The notes under the pieces are model-generated. The model ran no database searches. It saw only the letters and a program-made list of their open reading frames with translations, and was not told the DNA's origin. From contig CBFFRP010000324.1 in the NCBI GenBank assembly GCA_965644295.1, positions 1 to 64,000 on the forward strand: a stretch of DNA of 64,000 nt. Reading direction: 5' to 3'. Shown here one piece after another: positions 22,549 to 35,515 of the stretch. This stretch comes from Paraphysomonas bandaiensis (taxonomy: Eukaryota > Protista > Chrysophyceae). The position numbers were made by a program, and so were the translations under genes. Position 1 is the first letter of the stretch. Every line of letters starts with the position of its first letter.

Positions 22549-22842
22549 CATACATACATACATACATACATACATACATACATACATACATACATACATA
22601 CATACATACATACATACATACATACATACATACATACATACATACATACATACATACATACATACATACATACATACATACATACATACATACATACATA
22701 CATACATACATACATACATACATACATACATACATACATACATACATACATACATACATACATACATACATACATACATACATACATACATACATACATA
22801 CATACATACATACATACATACATACATACATACATACATACA
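22549..22842. repeat. (CATA)n microsatellite, ~73 perfect units
   Basis: Uninterrupted CATA array read directly from the sequence. Confidence 0.98.
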
Positions 22843-22935
22843 CATATTTGGTGTGTAGGTATGACTGGCATATTGCGGTGATTGTCAATATCTTAATAAG
22901 CCAACACGCCATACAGCTCATACACTCTTAAGAAA

Positions 22936-25900
22936 ATGGATTTCTTGGGGGCAGAGAATATATGTGGGCAGAATGCACTCCGACTCACCAGTAGAGGGAG
23001 CGCAATCATCGCCGAACTACTCCGCATGTCGGATAATATCCCTGAAGTATTTCTACCTCAGGAACAAATCAAAGACCCAGAGCAACTACGATACGCCCCT
23101 GTATTATTTGATTTCCATTACTTGAGGGAACCAGAGGAGTATGAAAAAAAAATTAACGATAGCTTGCAGTTACTGGATTTAGATCAAGATTTTCAGGAGA
23201 ATCATGGCGATATACTGGAGAGATTTTACAGTATATTTGAGTCGATATGGAAGTATCAGAATGATCTAGCCAAGTATGTAGATGATGTCAACAATGGGTT
23301 TTATATTCAACATTCACTGGATAATATACTTCAAGATACTGAAGGCAAACAATTACTGTGCGAAGCGTTATATTTGTATGGCGTCATGCTTCTTACCATG
23401 GAAGAGCGCATCCCTGGTTACATTCGTGAACGAATGCTAGTTGCATTGTACCGTCAATTTGGTCAGGCGACATTGGTTAATATTGATGAAGTTTGCAAAT
23501 TATGCCGCAACACTGGATACATTCCTGGAGTAAAGAAGCCAAAGAATCATCCGGAAGCTCTCTTCAGTCGCTTTGCGCCGGATCCTGAGTTCGTCCGACT
23601 AGTGATTGGTCGTCTCCAGACGGATGACATTTATCTAATGGCGAACTCTTTTCCTAATCCTGATCATCGGTCTACGCGCCTGGCAGGGCAGGCATCAATG
23701 TTGTATGTTATATTGTTCTTCTCCCCTCAGATACTCAGCAAGCAGAAGGCGACAATGAGAGAAATTGTCGACAAACACTTCAATGACAACTGGGTCATCG
23801 CAACATACATGGGCAAGGTAGTTGACCTGTCGGTTGAGTGGGCACCCTATCCCGCTGCGAAGGCAGCTCTGGACAATGTGCTTACCAGCAGCTTCGTCCA
23901 GCAGTTGAATGACGCCAACACCCGCATGTGCCGGACGGCGCTGGAAGACCTTAAGAAATTCTTGGTGGAGGGGGTGCTCACCCAGGAGTATTTGCTGGAC
24001 AACATGAACTTGCTTATGAATTGCATGCGTGGGTGCAATGTCTCCCTCCGCTGGAGACTCATGCACCGTCGCACGGAGGTGGAAGCACTACGTAAGATCG
24101 TATACAGCACCATGCCTGCTGAAGACATTGTAACTCTATTGCTGAACACTTCTCAGCTCGAATACATTCTAAAGGAAATGATCCAGGAACTTCTGGATAC
24201 GAAAGACTCTGCGTGGAGCGCAGGTGGGTGCTCCAGTTTCATTGTGGGTGAATATCATGCATAACCTTTGTGCAGGCAAAGAAGCGGCAGCGGAACGAAT
24301 GACGGAGCTTAGCGAGTACTTTACCGGCGAGAAAGCTCTCACACGTGTCAAGCGCGATGATCATATGATTAGGTGGTTTGCTGGTCTGGCGGAACAAGTG
24401 CGAGGACTAGACCTGGAGGAGGAACATGCAACCGCCACAGGTCGGAAGATTCAGGGGATCATTGCAGCCCTGGAAGATGTGGAGCAGTTCGAAGCGGTAG
24501 ACACAAATCTCCAGATTAAGAGTTATTTGAACGAAGCACGTGATATATTCCGCCAGATGATCCGAACGGTAAATATTAAGAATGAAATGATGCACGTGTT
24601 GGAGAACATCTCGGACCTCTCTTATGCGTGGGAGACATTAGACGACTACTTACAGGTATTTCACAACAGAATCCGAGATGACCCAACTTCTGTGGTCCTC
24701 CTTCGTGCAACTTTCCTCAAGACTGCGTCGATATTGGATGTACCTCTGGTAAGGATTATGCTCATAGATTCTCCGGACGAAGTCAGTGTTGCGGAGTATT
24801 ATTCAAGTGAGCTTGTTGAGTTTGTGCGGAAAGTGCTTGAGATCATTCCGAAATCCGTTTTCGAAGTATTGAGCAAGATTGTAACTATTCAGACACATCA
24901 ACTTATGGACATACCAATCAGATTTGAGGCAAAGGACTTGAAAGACTACGCACAGTTGGATGACCGCTTGGAAATGGCTAAGCTTACACATCAGGTATCG
25001 GTATTCACGGAGGGGGTATTAGTGATGGAGAAGACCCTTTTGGGTGTAATTCAAGTGGACCCGAGACAGATTTTAGAAGAAGGGCTGAGACGTGAGCTTG
25101 TTCGTCAGATAGCCAAGGCGATGCACGTAAATCTCTCATTCCATAGTTTCAATGGTGAGGAAGTGAAGAATAGTCTCTCATCTCTCGCCCACACGCTGGA
25201 TGGGCTTAAGAAAAGTATTGAATACCTGCAGGACTATATCAGTATTGCTGGGCTTAAGATATACCAGCAGGAACTGTCCCGTGTCGTAAATTATAATACT
25301 GAGCAGGAAGCTAACAGGTACCTGAAGAAGAAGACATTCGACTCGACTTCCCGTTTTCAGAGTCGCGCTATTCCAATTCCTCGGTATCAGATCACTGTTG
25401 ACAAGAGTACGGGAATTAACACCGGTGCCGTTAATTTCATGGGCCAGGTAATGTCGGCCATCCTCCACGTGACCGACACCACTCGTACGGTATATGCTCC
25501 GGAGAGCTCTGCATGGTTCATTTCTCCTGCCCCTGATCAGAAGCAAGGACCGGTTGTAGAATCATGCGGAATTCGCACGTTTGCATTGCTTGAGAAGGCT
25601 ATTGGGGTTATCGGGATCCGGGGGCTTGATAGGCTTCTGGCTTTTAGATGTGTATATGAATTCAACTCATTTCTTAAATTCTACGTTGCTGATGTCAATC
25701 CTTTTCGCACACTTCTCGAACAGGTATTTTTCTTGTTTATTTTTCTATTCGCTGATTAGCTGTGGATAGGTCAGAGAGGCATTGTTTCCAGAGTACCGTA
25801 CCATCTCTAATCCTGGCAAAGTTTATTCGAACGCAATGAAGAAGGTAGAGAAGCTAATGCTTCCCTTGCTGAAGATTATACGCCGAATTGGACAGACACA

Positions 25901-26590
25901 GCTCGTCAGACGACAGATCGCGAATCTTCTCCAGTTTGAGTGCCAACTGGATGCCTTTCAGCTATACCAGTCTCTGGGAGCATTTGATCGCGGCCTCATG
26001 AATGATGTTCGCAATCATTACCGCAACCCCGACAAGTATCCTTACCCTGATCCGGCAACTGGTAATCCTCTTCTTTTTGAGACCACTGCGCTGCTAGAGG
26101 CATGCGGCATGGACGATCCACTGCATAAGATTTACGTCACTTGCAACCCGCTAGAAGGGCTCCCGCAGTTGCTCTTCCTCTTCCTGCTCACATATCTACC
26201 GAAAGTAAGTGTTTTCCTTGCCATCGCTTTTGAATTAATATCAATACATAGTTTGAGTATGATTCCAATTTTGGAGCGCTGGTTCGAACGAAAGAAAAGT
26301 ACCCAGTGGATGGATTTCCTATGGTGGCTGGCCTCTCTTGTTTGTTGAAACAGTTTCACCCATCTACCACCAAACAACTTTTGTCTTACCTCGGACAGTT
26401 TGTAAAGTGTTCGCTCCAAACTGCTCTCCAGGATTGCGATACGTCCTCTAAGACCGTTGATACTCCCAAGGAGGTTGTGAATACTTTGATATTTATGGAT
26501 CAGCTTTGCCAGTACGCAGGCATGCCACGCTCGGTAGTTTATGCATTCGTACCACCTTACATATTTGATTCGATTAAGATATCCAAATAG
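22936..26590 (+). CDS. WASHC5: WASH complex subunit strumpellin; introns 24224-24275, 25724-25769, 26205-26251
   Basis: Strumpellin-typical motifs: MDFLGAENICGQNALRLTSRGSAIIAELLR, MREIVDKHFNDNWVI, DLSYAW, SVAEYYSSELV, DPRQILEEGLRREL, LLKQFHP. The introns join four ORFs in frame. Confidence 0.95.
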
Positions 26591-27299
26591 CATTGAACGA
26601 AAATGTAAGCATCTCTAATCATTCAAAGTACAAGGAAACGTAGTACAAGTAGTGATGTGTTCGTGAATTGGTTATTTGCGTGCTATTCTTGTTGAATAAC
26701 TACATTCCAGATTCGAGTAATTAAATGCACTATATTGTCGAGATAAGACTGGCGTGCACCAAGTTGATATGCAAAGAAGTACTTGTGAAGCACTGATCCT
26801 TCCGCGCAACTATAAGAAAACCACATCATACATTGTAATGTGCTATAAAGTATATATATTAACACGTGAGAAGCATCATAAGTTATCTTCCCGTAAGTCT
26901 AGGAAGGTACACCGTATATAATGCCTGATTACTGATTACTGTAGTTATAGAATTAGACCAATAGAAGTTTGAGTTTCTCTTATTCAAAGTGTACTTTCCG
27001 TGCTAAGAGAACTATTTGCAAACAGCTTCAAGTACCAGGTACAATAACTTTTTCTTTGGTGGTCTTTTATTTTATCTGGATGACTTGCTTAGGTTTATTG
27101 ACTATTCGTGCAATGCCGCAAGGACCAAGGTGCAATCATCCTTTATATCAAGGATCAAGATAGAGGAGGTTGTTAATCCAAGATGTCTCGTGTGTGTGAC
27201 CGTTGTGAAGCGATGAAAGCTATTCTGAGTGTCGTAAGAATATAGACACATTTGCTAGATGAATTCTTAGCATAGAGGCTGTTATTATGACTACCCCAT

Positions 27300-28110
27300 G
27301 CTTAACGTGTTCTCTGTTTTTTGAAAAGTGCATAACTTATCTTCTGATGTTCCGGATTTGCCAAATTGGTTGTAATAATAAAATCATAGTGTCGTCTTCT
27401 AATAAACATATATTTGGTTTCTTCTGTGTGTAGAAAAGTCAAGGAGCGTGGGTTTCGTGACATACGATATGTCTGTATTATTATTGAGTCTAAGAGCATG
27501 AGATTATTTTTAAAATTTTGTGCATGTAATGCAGCTGTGTTGTTAACCCAATATATATTAGTCTCAACTTCTGTCTACTAGTCGCTAGTAATTGCTTCTG
27601 CAAGATAAATACTTTTAGTGAGTCTAGTTAGATTGGTCGATTCATTGGAAAAAGGTTGAGCAAGCGTGGGTGAAGTTTGAGTTTCCATGATGATAATGTA
27701 TTCAAGGAGGACGTGTATCGCGCAGAGTATGTAAACACCGGCTGTTTAAGAAGGCACAATTCATACCATTTCTTGGCATTCAGGTGTTTGACTGAAAAGG
27801 AGTTTATCTGATGAGGGGATGGTGTGCGGGAGTTACATATACTAGGAAGCGGCCCAAATCGAGGGAGTGGTCGGTGAGGTATTGTTGGGAGATGGAAGGT
27901 AGGAGTAGTCATGACATTGTGTGTGAATATTTTCTATCCCGATAACGCACAATAGGATGATATGCGTTCGCTCTTCATCTGCATATCTAAGCAATATTCT
28001 CACTCTCTCAGGGGCTTGACTGTTTGGAGTTGGGCAGAATACTGTTTGGGGAGAACTCACGTCCATAGAGAGCTTCTCCCTCACATACAAGAACGGTAGT
28101 GGTCACCCTT
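27300..28110 (-). pseudogene. Heavily decayed copia RT/RNase H-like relic
   Basis: Fragments LYVR...RVRILLRY and TKYMFIRRRHYDFI...TNLANP resemble the copia RxLRYL, RTKHxxIRYHF and LAD motifs. No LTRs found. Confidence 0.35.
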
Positions 28111-28295
28111 GGTGCTTGTAGGATATGAGAATTTGTGCTAGTTTGCTATAGGTAGCGGTCGATCTAGCTTGACTAGTCTCCATCTAACTACTTTTCTGGT
28201 GTTGGTTGTTGACACCTACTGCTACTAATAAGACTTTCACACACTGAAGAAGAAAACAACACACTTAGTATATAGTATATAGTATATATGTATAA

Positions 28296-31200
28296 TGTTG
28301 AGTTCTGCAATATGATGTGATATATATTGTGCAATTGAAGTGAGTTAACAGTGTGCAATAGGTAAAGTCAACTCATAGGTGTAACGGGTGATTATAGTTA
28401 CAAAGGAATTAAATTCAGTTACTGATGTGTGACTATACAAGATATAGAACTGACTGATGAACATATGATAAACAGGTGTTGCTGGGAACAGATGTTTCAA
28501 CATATGTTACACGAATATGTAGTGAAGTGTTCAGAATAATAATTATAATTTCTTACTTGAAAGTGCATTGTGTTCAACAGCAAGGTTACGGTTTACGCGT
28601 AGAGCAAAGTTAACTTCAGTGAAATGTCCAAAGCTAACATGGTAGCGAGTGGTAGCTCTGATGAGGCGAAGGAGGACAGCAAGGTGCTGAAGTTTGACAA
28701 GTGAAACGACACGTGTGTTGTAACGATTTGGGAGGCATGTGAACATGACGCAGATGTATTGGAGGGTGCCAGCCGATACATGGAGGCGACTACCAGACGA
28801 TGATCCGAATAAGGAGGTTTTGTCCAATCATATGCTTCAAACGCTTGTGGATAGGTCTAGGAGTGAGTTGGGAGTAGTACTCCAAAAGACTACAGCGAAA
28901 TACCAGCTTGTAAATATTGGCCAATGATATGGTCGAAATAGAGATTGATAGGCTGAAATGTATTTTCTACTAAAACTGCCTTGTACACTGAGCAGAGCAG
29001 CAGAGCAGTGCAGCTGTTCATAGTTAACGAGCAGAGAGTGCTGAACATACACATGAACAGAGACAGAGACGGAGTTCATCGGCGGAATGGTGCTAATATG
29101 AAGATGATGATGTCTCATCTGGAGGGGAGTCCAATATGATAGATGGTGAAGTGCTTATGACTGAAACAGTAGACCAACGAGTGTATCTAGGCAGTTGTGC
29201 CGGAAAGCAGCTATTCATTGTTGTTAAAGATCATAGAGTGCTAGAGAAATATGAAGCAGAGCCAGGAGTCATATCTCTGACGAAGAAGGGGTCAGCAATG
29301 GAGACTCAAGGAGTAGGAAGCTTTCAACACTGGCAAAAGAGAAGGCATCAAAGTATGTGAAGATGCGGTGAAGAATATTGTCTCAGGCGGAATGCTGCGG
29401 GCACTGGTGTGTGGATTGGAACTACTTAGAGTACCGAGAATTGTAGAGTTAAACACTGGTAGAGAGGTGCTGGCTGGAGACTATGATGAGCATGGAGGAA
29501 TGCCATGGGAGGCACTATATAATATTATGACGTTTTGAATTAGCCTATTATTACGTCATCATGCCATCATGTAATGGAGGAAAATGCCAAGGAGGACAGT
29601 AAAGTTAGTGGATGTTGCCTTATGAGTGTGTTCCTGGGAGGAAAGGTGCCCGAGTTATCCTGGTTGAGAGGAAATGGGGGTGCAAGGCGTATGTATTAGT
29701 CCCGAAGGCCGATAGACGGAAAGACTGGGAGGAAAAGGCACAAACAGGATATTTTGTGGGTTTCCCAACGAGCAGATGGGGTATCAAGTGTTGATAGTAG
29801 GAGATACAATAGTCACGTCTGTTCATGTCCTGTTTGATGTATCAGTGCCCTAGAGATCGGCTGATTACTACCGAGAAATGGACTAAGCCACGGTGGCAGT
29901 GGTTCCTCAGGGAGGAGTGTTATCGACAAAACCCATGTGAAGATGGCGGCCAACTGTACAACAAGACCACGCGAATATAGATTCGGAAAGAGGTCTAACT
30001 GTGGGATATAGATCCCTGATGTCAGGTGGTGAGGAGCAACTGGAAGTTAAGACTCCTATTCACATCATCGCGGATGAGTGAAGACCTTGTGACAAGAGTA
30101 TCTGCTAGTTCTGGATCTCGTGACGACGGGACCAGCGGACATTTATTACAGCAGTTGACTGGGACGGTTCCATCCCCTTCTGACTTCGTAAGTGCTCCGG
30201 GAGAGGAAGCTCCATCAGATCGCTCAACTAGGGGCAGGCGCACAAGGGCTCCAAGGGTGGTGACGAATGTGTCAGTAGTAGGGGAGAAGCACGTATTACC
30301 TTCGTGTGACGAAGTGGAGTGCAGCCTACTAGAGGAGGCAGATTCCATCTGGTGCTCGTCAGCGGGACCTAAGGTGCCTCAGACATATTCCGAATCCTTG
30401 GAGTTGCCGGAACGGAAGCAATGGAGTTCAGCCAGGCTGAATGTGACGAACTGGAACGAAGGGAAGTAATGGAAGTTAAGCCCATACCTACCCCAGTGTC
30501 ACTCCATTGACAGCAAGACAGGCTGAGCGTGACAGACTGGAACGAAGGGAAGTAATGGAAGTTAAGCCCATCATCCCTACCCCAGTGTCACTGCAATTGG
30601 AATCCTGAGTATGTCTTTGCTTTGAAACGCAACAAGGAGGGTGCGATTCCACGATAGAAAGCAAGACTTGTGGTACTTGGATGCGGAGGCCATGAGGTTG
30701 GTAGAGCCAACAATTATACTCCAGTGGTAAAAGCGGTAACAGTAAGATTGCTATTAGCTATCGCGTTTGTTATGAATATGGTGGTGCATCAACTCGACGT
30801 ATCTAATGCATTCTTGTATATGCAGATATAAAAGGAGATGTGTGTATAAGTATGCAACACCAGCAGATTTCAAATTGCCACCAGGATATTGCTTTAAACT
30901 GAAGAAAAGTTTATATGGTCTTCGAAGCTCACCACAGTCATGATGATAATATGCTGAGAGCATGTCGAGATACGAATATTATTTTGGAAATTAAGCGACG
31001 AGTATGTGAAAGGTTTGATATTACAGATATGAATGAGAGTGGCCAGTTTTTTTGAACGTGAGAGTGACGAGAACTCCGAATTGTCTCAAACTTGACCAGA
31101 CAGTGTTCATCAAAAAGATATTGGTGAAGTATGTGGATTTTCTGGGTGCAAGGGACAAGACGCGGCTATACCCACTACCTAGTGATGTCAAAGTGGGAGT

Positions 31201-32463
31201 GGAACATGTGCATTCAGCTGAGGAGCAGAAGTTAGTTGATAATTTTCCCTATCGTCCACTCCTAGGAGCGTTACTCTATTTATCTATGAATACAAGGCCG
31301 GATATCTCATATGCAGTGGGAGTATTGTCACGATTCTCAACGAAAGTTAATATCACTGTATGTAAGCTCCTGATGTATTTAATGCAGTATGTACGAGGTA
31401 CTACAGATAAAGGCATTCATTATAGAGGGAGAGATTTTGATCTTCATATGTTCACTGATGCTGACTGGGCAGGCGATCCGTTGACGAGGAGATCAACTTC
31501 AGGTTATGTTATGTTTGGAGCTGGTGGACCACTATCGTGGGGTTCCAAACTTCAGTCTACTGTAGCTACATCGACTATGCAAGCAGAGTATCAATGCTTA
31601 TATAATGGATTACAGGAAATGATATGGTCTCGGGGGGTGACTGGTGAAGTAGGATTGAAAATTGACGAGCCCACACCATTATTCCTGGATAGTCAAAGTG
31701 CTCAGGATATATCGGAAAATCCAGTGCAACATCAACGATCGAAACATATTGAGATTAAGTATCATATGATTAGAGAGCATGTGGATCCCGAACAGTTTAA
31801 TACAGCGAAATTAATTCATGTGAGCAGTCGACAACAGATGGCTGATATATATACCAAGGCTTTGAGAGGTCCAATATTCATTGAACAGAGGGAGCGAAAT
31901 CTTGGGGAAAAATTTAAGACTACTGAACAAATTATCGCAGAGGTACCCAAGGTAAAGAGAGCTCGTCGTACCTAGTTAGGTGTTACTGAATGGTGGGAGC
32001 TAGCTATACCAGCGGAGTCATACGTCCACCAGTGTCCTATGAGGTTCGGTGGTTGCGTATCCGATAGCAATGTTCTTCACATATTTTAGAATGGTTAACT
32101 ACATCCAATTGAGTGGGAGTGTTGAGTTCTGCAATATGATGTGATATATATTGTGCAATTGAAGTGAGTTAACAGTGTGCAATAGGTAAAGTCAACTCAT
32201 AGGTGTAACGGGTGATTATAGTTACAAAGGAATTAAATTCAGTTACTGATGTGTGACTATACAAGATATAGAACTGACTGATGAACATATGATAAACAGG
32301 TGTTGCTGGGAACAGATGTTTCAACATATGTTACACGAATATGTAGTGAAGTGTTCAGAATAATAATTATAATTTCTTACTTGAAAGTGCATTGTGTTCA
32401 ACAGCAAGGTTACGGTTTACGCGTAGAGCAAAGTTAACTTCAGTGAAATGTCCAAAGCTAACA
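28296..32463 (+). mobile_element. Ty1/copia LTR retrotransposon #2, non-autonomous (internally deleted and degenerate), TG...CA termini, TSD TATAA
   Basis: Identical 344-bp LTRs at 28296-28639 and 32120-32463. PBS TGGTAGCGAG at 28640, PPT GAGTGGGAG. TATAA at 28291-28295 and 32464-32468. Internal fragments are homologous to element #4. Confidence 0.95.
28624..31975 (+). pseudogene. Fragmented gag-pol of copia #2; only the RT C-terminus/RNase H (31052-31975) is open
   Basis: Many stops, frameshifts and deletions relative to #4, plus an internal duplication at ~30450-30590. Motifs KWGCKAYVLVPKADRRKDWE, TRPDISYAVG, FTDADWAGD and MADIYTK remain. Confidence 0.9.
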
Positions 32464-32984
32464 TATAATATATACCTGCTACGTTAGTTGAATGTTTTGC
32501 ATCGACTATAACGACAAATGTTTGCTTTTACTTATATATATTAATAAACTCTTGGTATGAGTAGTAGTAGGTACTATATTCTATATGTTAAATTAGCAGC
32601 AGTGATACTCATAACTCATATATAATATTATTTTACGCAGGGAAATTATTTTTGTTTAATGATGCTTGAAAACAAATAATCCTTCAATGACTACTGCAGT
32701 CAAATAAGAGGAGAAAATTATAGTTCCCGTTAAAAGCACGTCAGATACACCCCACAGCCTGCCAAACATAGCACCTACAACCAACTACACTATACAACCT
32801 ACAGCGCATCTGCATCACAAGTACTAGGAATTGCAGCACCGGGAGGTTGATACGCCGGCTTCGATTTGGCAACAGTTGTACTAGTATAAAAATTAGTTGA
32901 TGATGACTCGCTTCCACGACTAGGACTACTGGAAATGTGAATGGGTGACAAGCTCCCACGCCCAGCAGACTGCGGGAGCACATC

Positions 32985-35017
32985 TCAGGGTTTCTCTGGC
33001 GGAAGTTCGAACAGAGATGCAGCTTCCTTAGACCGAGGACTTAATGACGCAATATCGGCAAGGAACGCGTTAGGACTGATAACATGAGTGCCACCTATTA
33101 CCACTTCCTTACTGTGCTGAGTCATAAGGTCGTGGGCTGAACGCAGTTCACCATGAGAGACACCACCAGCGATGCATACCATGTAGCGTGCAGACTGAAA
33201 CATACTTCGGTTGGCGTTCTTTCCAAACCTCGAGTTGTTTCCGTACTTACGGACACTCTTAGCGACTGGAGCGGACGTTCCTACGGCAGGTCCCATGGTA
33301 CCAAACTGATCTGCAGGCAAAGCATCTCCCGCTCCTTCGGCATCCATCAGTCCTTCTAACAACGCTCTAAGGCGACATCTGTGACGGCTATCCGCATATT
33401 CCCCCTCTGGAGTAGCAGCATGCTTGGGGGCAGCCCGTCCGCGAAACATTCCAATAATACCGCCAGCCGACTGCCGACTCTGAGAGGACTGCTGCAGCAC
33501 TGCACCTAGGCGCTCACAGTTCAGAAGAATCTGCTGTTCCGGTCCAGTCAAACCAGCAGCTTGTATGAGTCGTCTCCTGTCCTCAGCCGTTGTCCCGCCT
33601 CCGCGCTGCGACAGCTGGGAGAGAGTAAATATTGCCATTAGTCTGATCTTGATCTGTTTTGAAATATTTGGTTGCACAAGTGTGTCAATGAGAAGCTGCA
33701 ACAGCTTTGGACCTTTGACCTCTTTTCCATCCTCATCCTCGCCCGTAGACATGGTCTGTTCAAGCTGGTTGATGTCCATTAGTCCGGTGCGGGAAAAGCA
33801 GTCCATACACTGTTGTGCGATGTGCACGTGTTGGCTTAGTTTCGCCATAGTTTCACGGTACTCTGGGAGGGCTTTTACAGCAGCGGCCATCGTAGTGATA
33901 CTCATATCACTGCCAGAGTTCTTTGCAAGAGCCGCTCCGGGATTATTGTTTATTATATCGCTCATGCGTTCCTTGATTATTTCAATTACTTTGGCAATAT
34001 GCTGGTGCCTGAGCTCCACCCATAGCTCGTCCGACTCATTAAGCAGCACTTTCTTATCCACCTTTGCGCCAGCGTTCGTTTCAGAGCTGTAGGAAATAAC
34101 CCCATCCCGTACAGGGAGAAGATCGTTGACCATTGCTTGGTAAGTGTACTCATGCATAAGTGGAGAAAGAGGGTCAAAGGATCGGTCCAGCACCAGAAGC
34201 TGTCCGCGTTCCCTGTCCTGATGGTTATCCTCACCGTGGCACCAGAAAGAGGGGTTGTTCCTCTTGAAGTCAGTGAGAATTTTTACTACAGTTGTGGCGA
34301 TTTCAGTGGCAGTGGTGGAAGAAGTCTGATAGCGGACTGAAGGAAATTCATTCAATGTTATGCATAGAGTTGCGAGCTTCTCTGCAATGGCATTTGGACA
34401 AGTTGGATCTTCAGGCTCACCATAAAGGCGAGTAAGAGCTGATGGCATGTCAAAATGATATACATTAACTTCTGGTGTCACAAAGTGAAGATTAAGCTCT
34501 TTGAATGTGCGAATTCTTGAACACAGGACACCATTAGCTTGTATCGCCATAACGACATCATCACCGGCCTGTAAAATATTAGGATGTCAGGACATAACCA
34601 ATGGCATTACGCACCACATCCAGAAAATATATATGAACTCCAGCATATTTAGCTTTCGCTTCCGAAGGAAAATCCTCTGCAATTTTATTTGCAGCTGCAA
34701 CAGTGGGGGACACTAGATATATAACTTCCATTTCACGAAATGGCTGTCGATTCTTATTTAATTGCTCGACTAGAGTTACCCGCTGCTCCATTATATCGTA
34801 CATAGTCAGCACAGATGATATTACTCTTGTGGCTTCATCATCCATCACAAGAACCATCCATCCCGAGCCATTAGCTGCAAACCCCAAATTATTATAAGTA
34901 GAGTAGAGATTAGAAGGGTTACTTACATGCTGCAGCTCCGATTACATCCTCTATGAATCTCTTCTGGACTATTTCTCGCACAGATCTCATGCCAGAGCTA
35001 TCATCCCTTAGAGCCAT
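32985..35017 (-). CDS. SEC1: Sec1/Munc18 (SM) family protein; introns 34875-34926 and 34569-34614
   Basis: Motifs WMVLVMD, VTLVEQLNKNRQPF, LLVLDRSFDPLSPLMHEYTYQAM, LWVELRHQHIA, IAGGVSHGELRSA and VVIGGTH. Splice sites restore the frame. Confidence 0.92.
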
Positions 35018-35515
35018 TGTTAAATTGATATCTAGAGTTTCAATGTACTGGCAAGTTGCCTATGTACTGTATATAACAATGCGCTTATTGGATTGTATGT
35101 TTGTACTAACAGGAAAATGGCGACAGAAAGACTGCCAGCATATGAAAACCCCACACAACAGACTCCACTGTGTGTGTTTGCTGCTGTTGATGTTGTAAGA
35201 TGCTGGGGGGGTATCTTCAAAAGTCAGAAAAGGTGTGATATTTCAGGTTTTTGGTTTGTGAAAAGAACCAAAAATATCGTAAAATTTCTCTCGATTTTAA
35301 CCTGAATTTTATATAGCAACCGTCAAATCTGTATTTTTTATGCTAATATTGCAACATAGCAACGTAGAATGGTGCTTTAAAACACCGCCCTCCCTCTCAT
35401 CGAGACAGCTGCATGGATATCATACACAACAAATCCAATTAAAGAATTATTCATCGTGTAAACATGTATACAGTATACTTAATTTAGTATCTACGATATC
35501 TCGACTGAGCATATA

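Noticed and set aside
22310-22921. ORFs of MYVC/HTYI repeats
   Set aside because: These are translations of the (CATA)n microsatellite.
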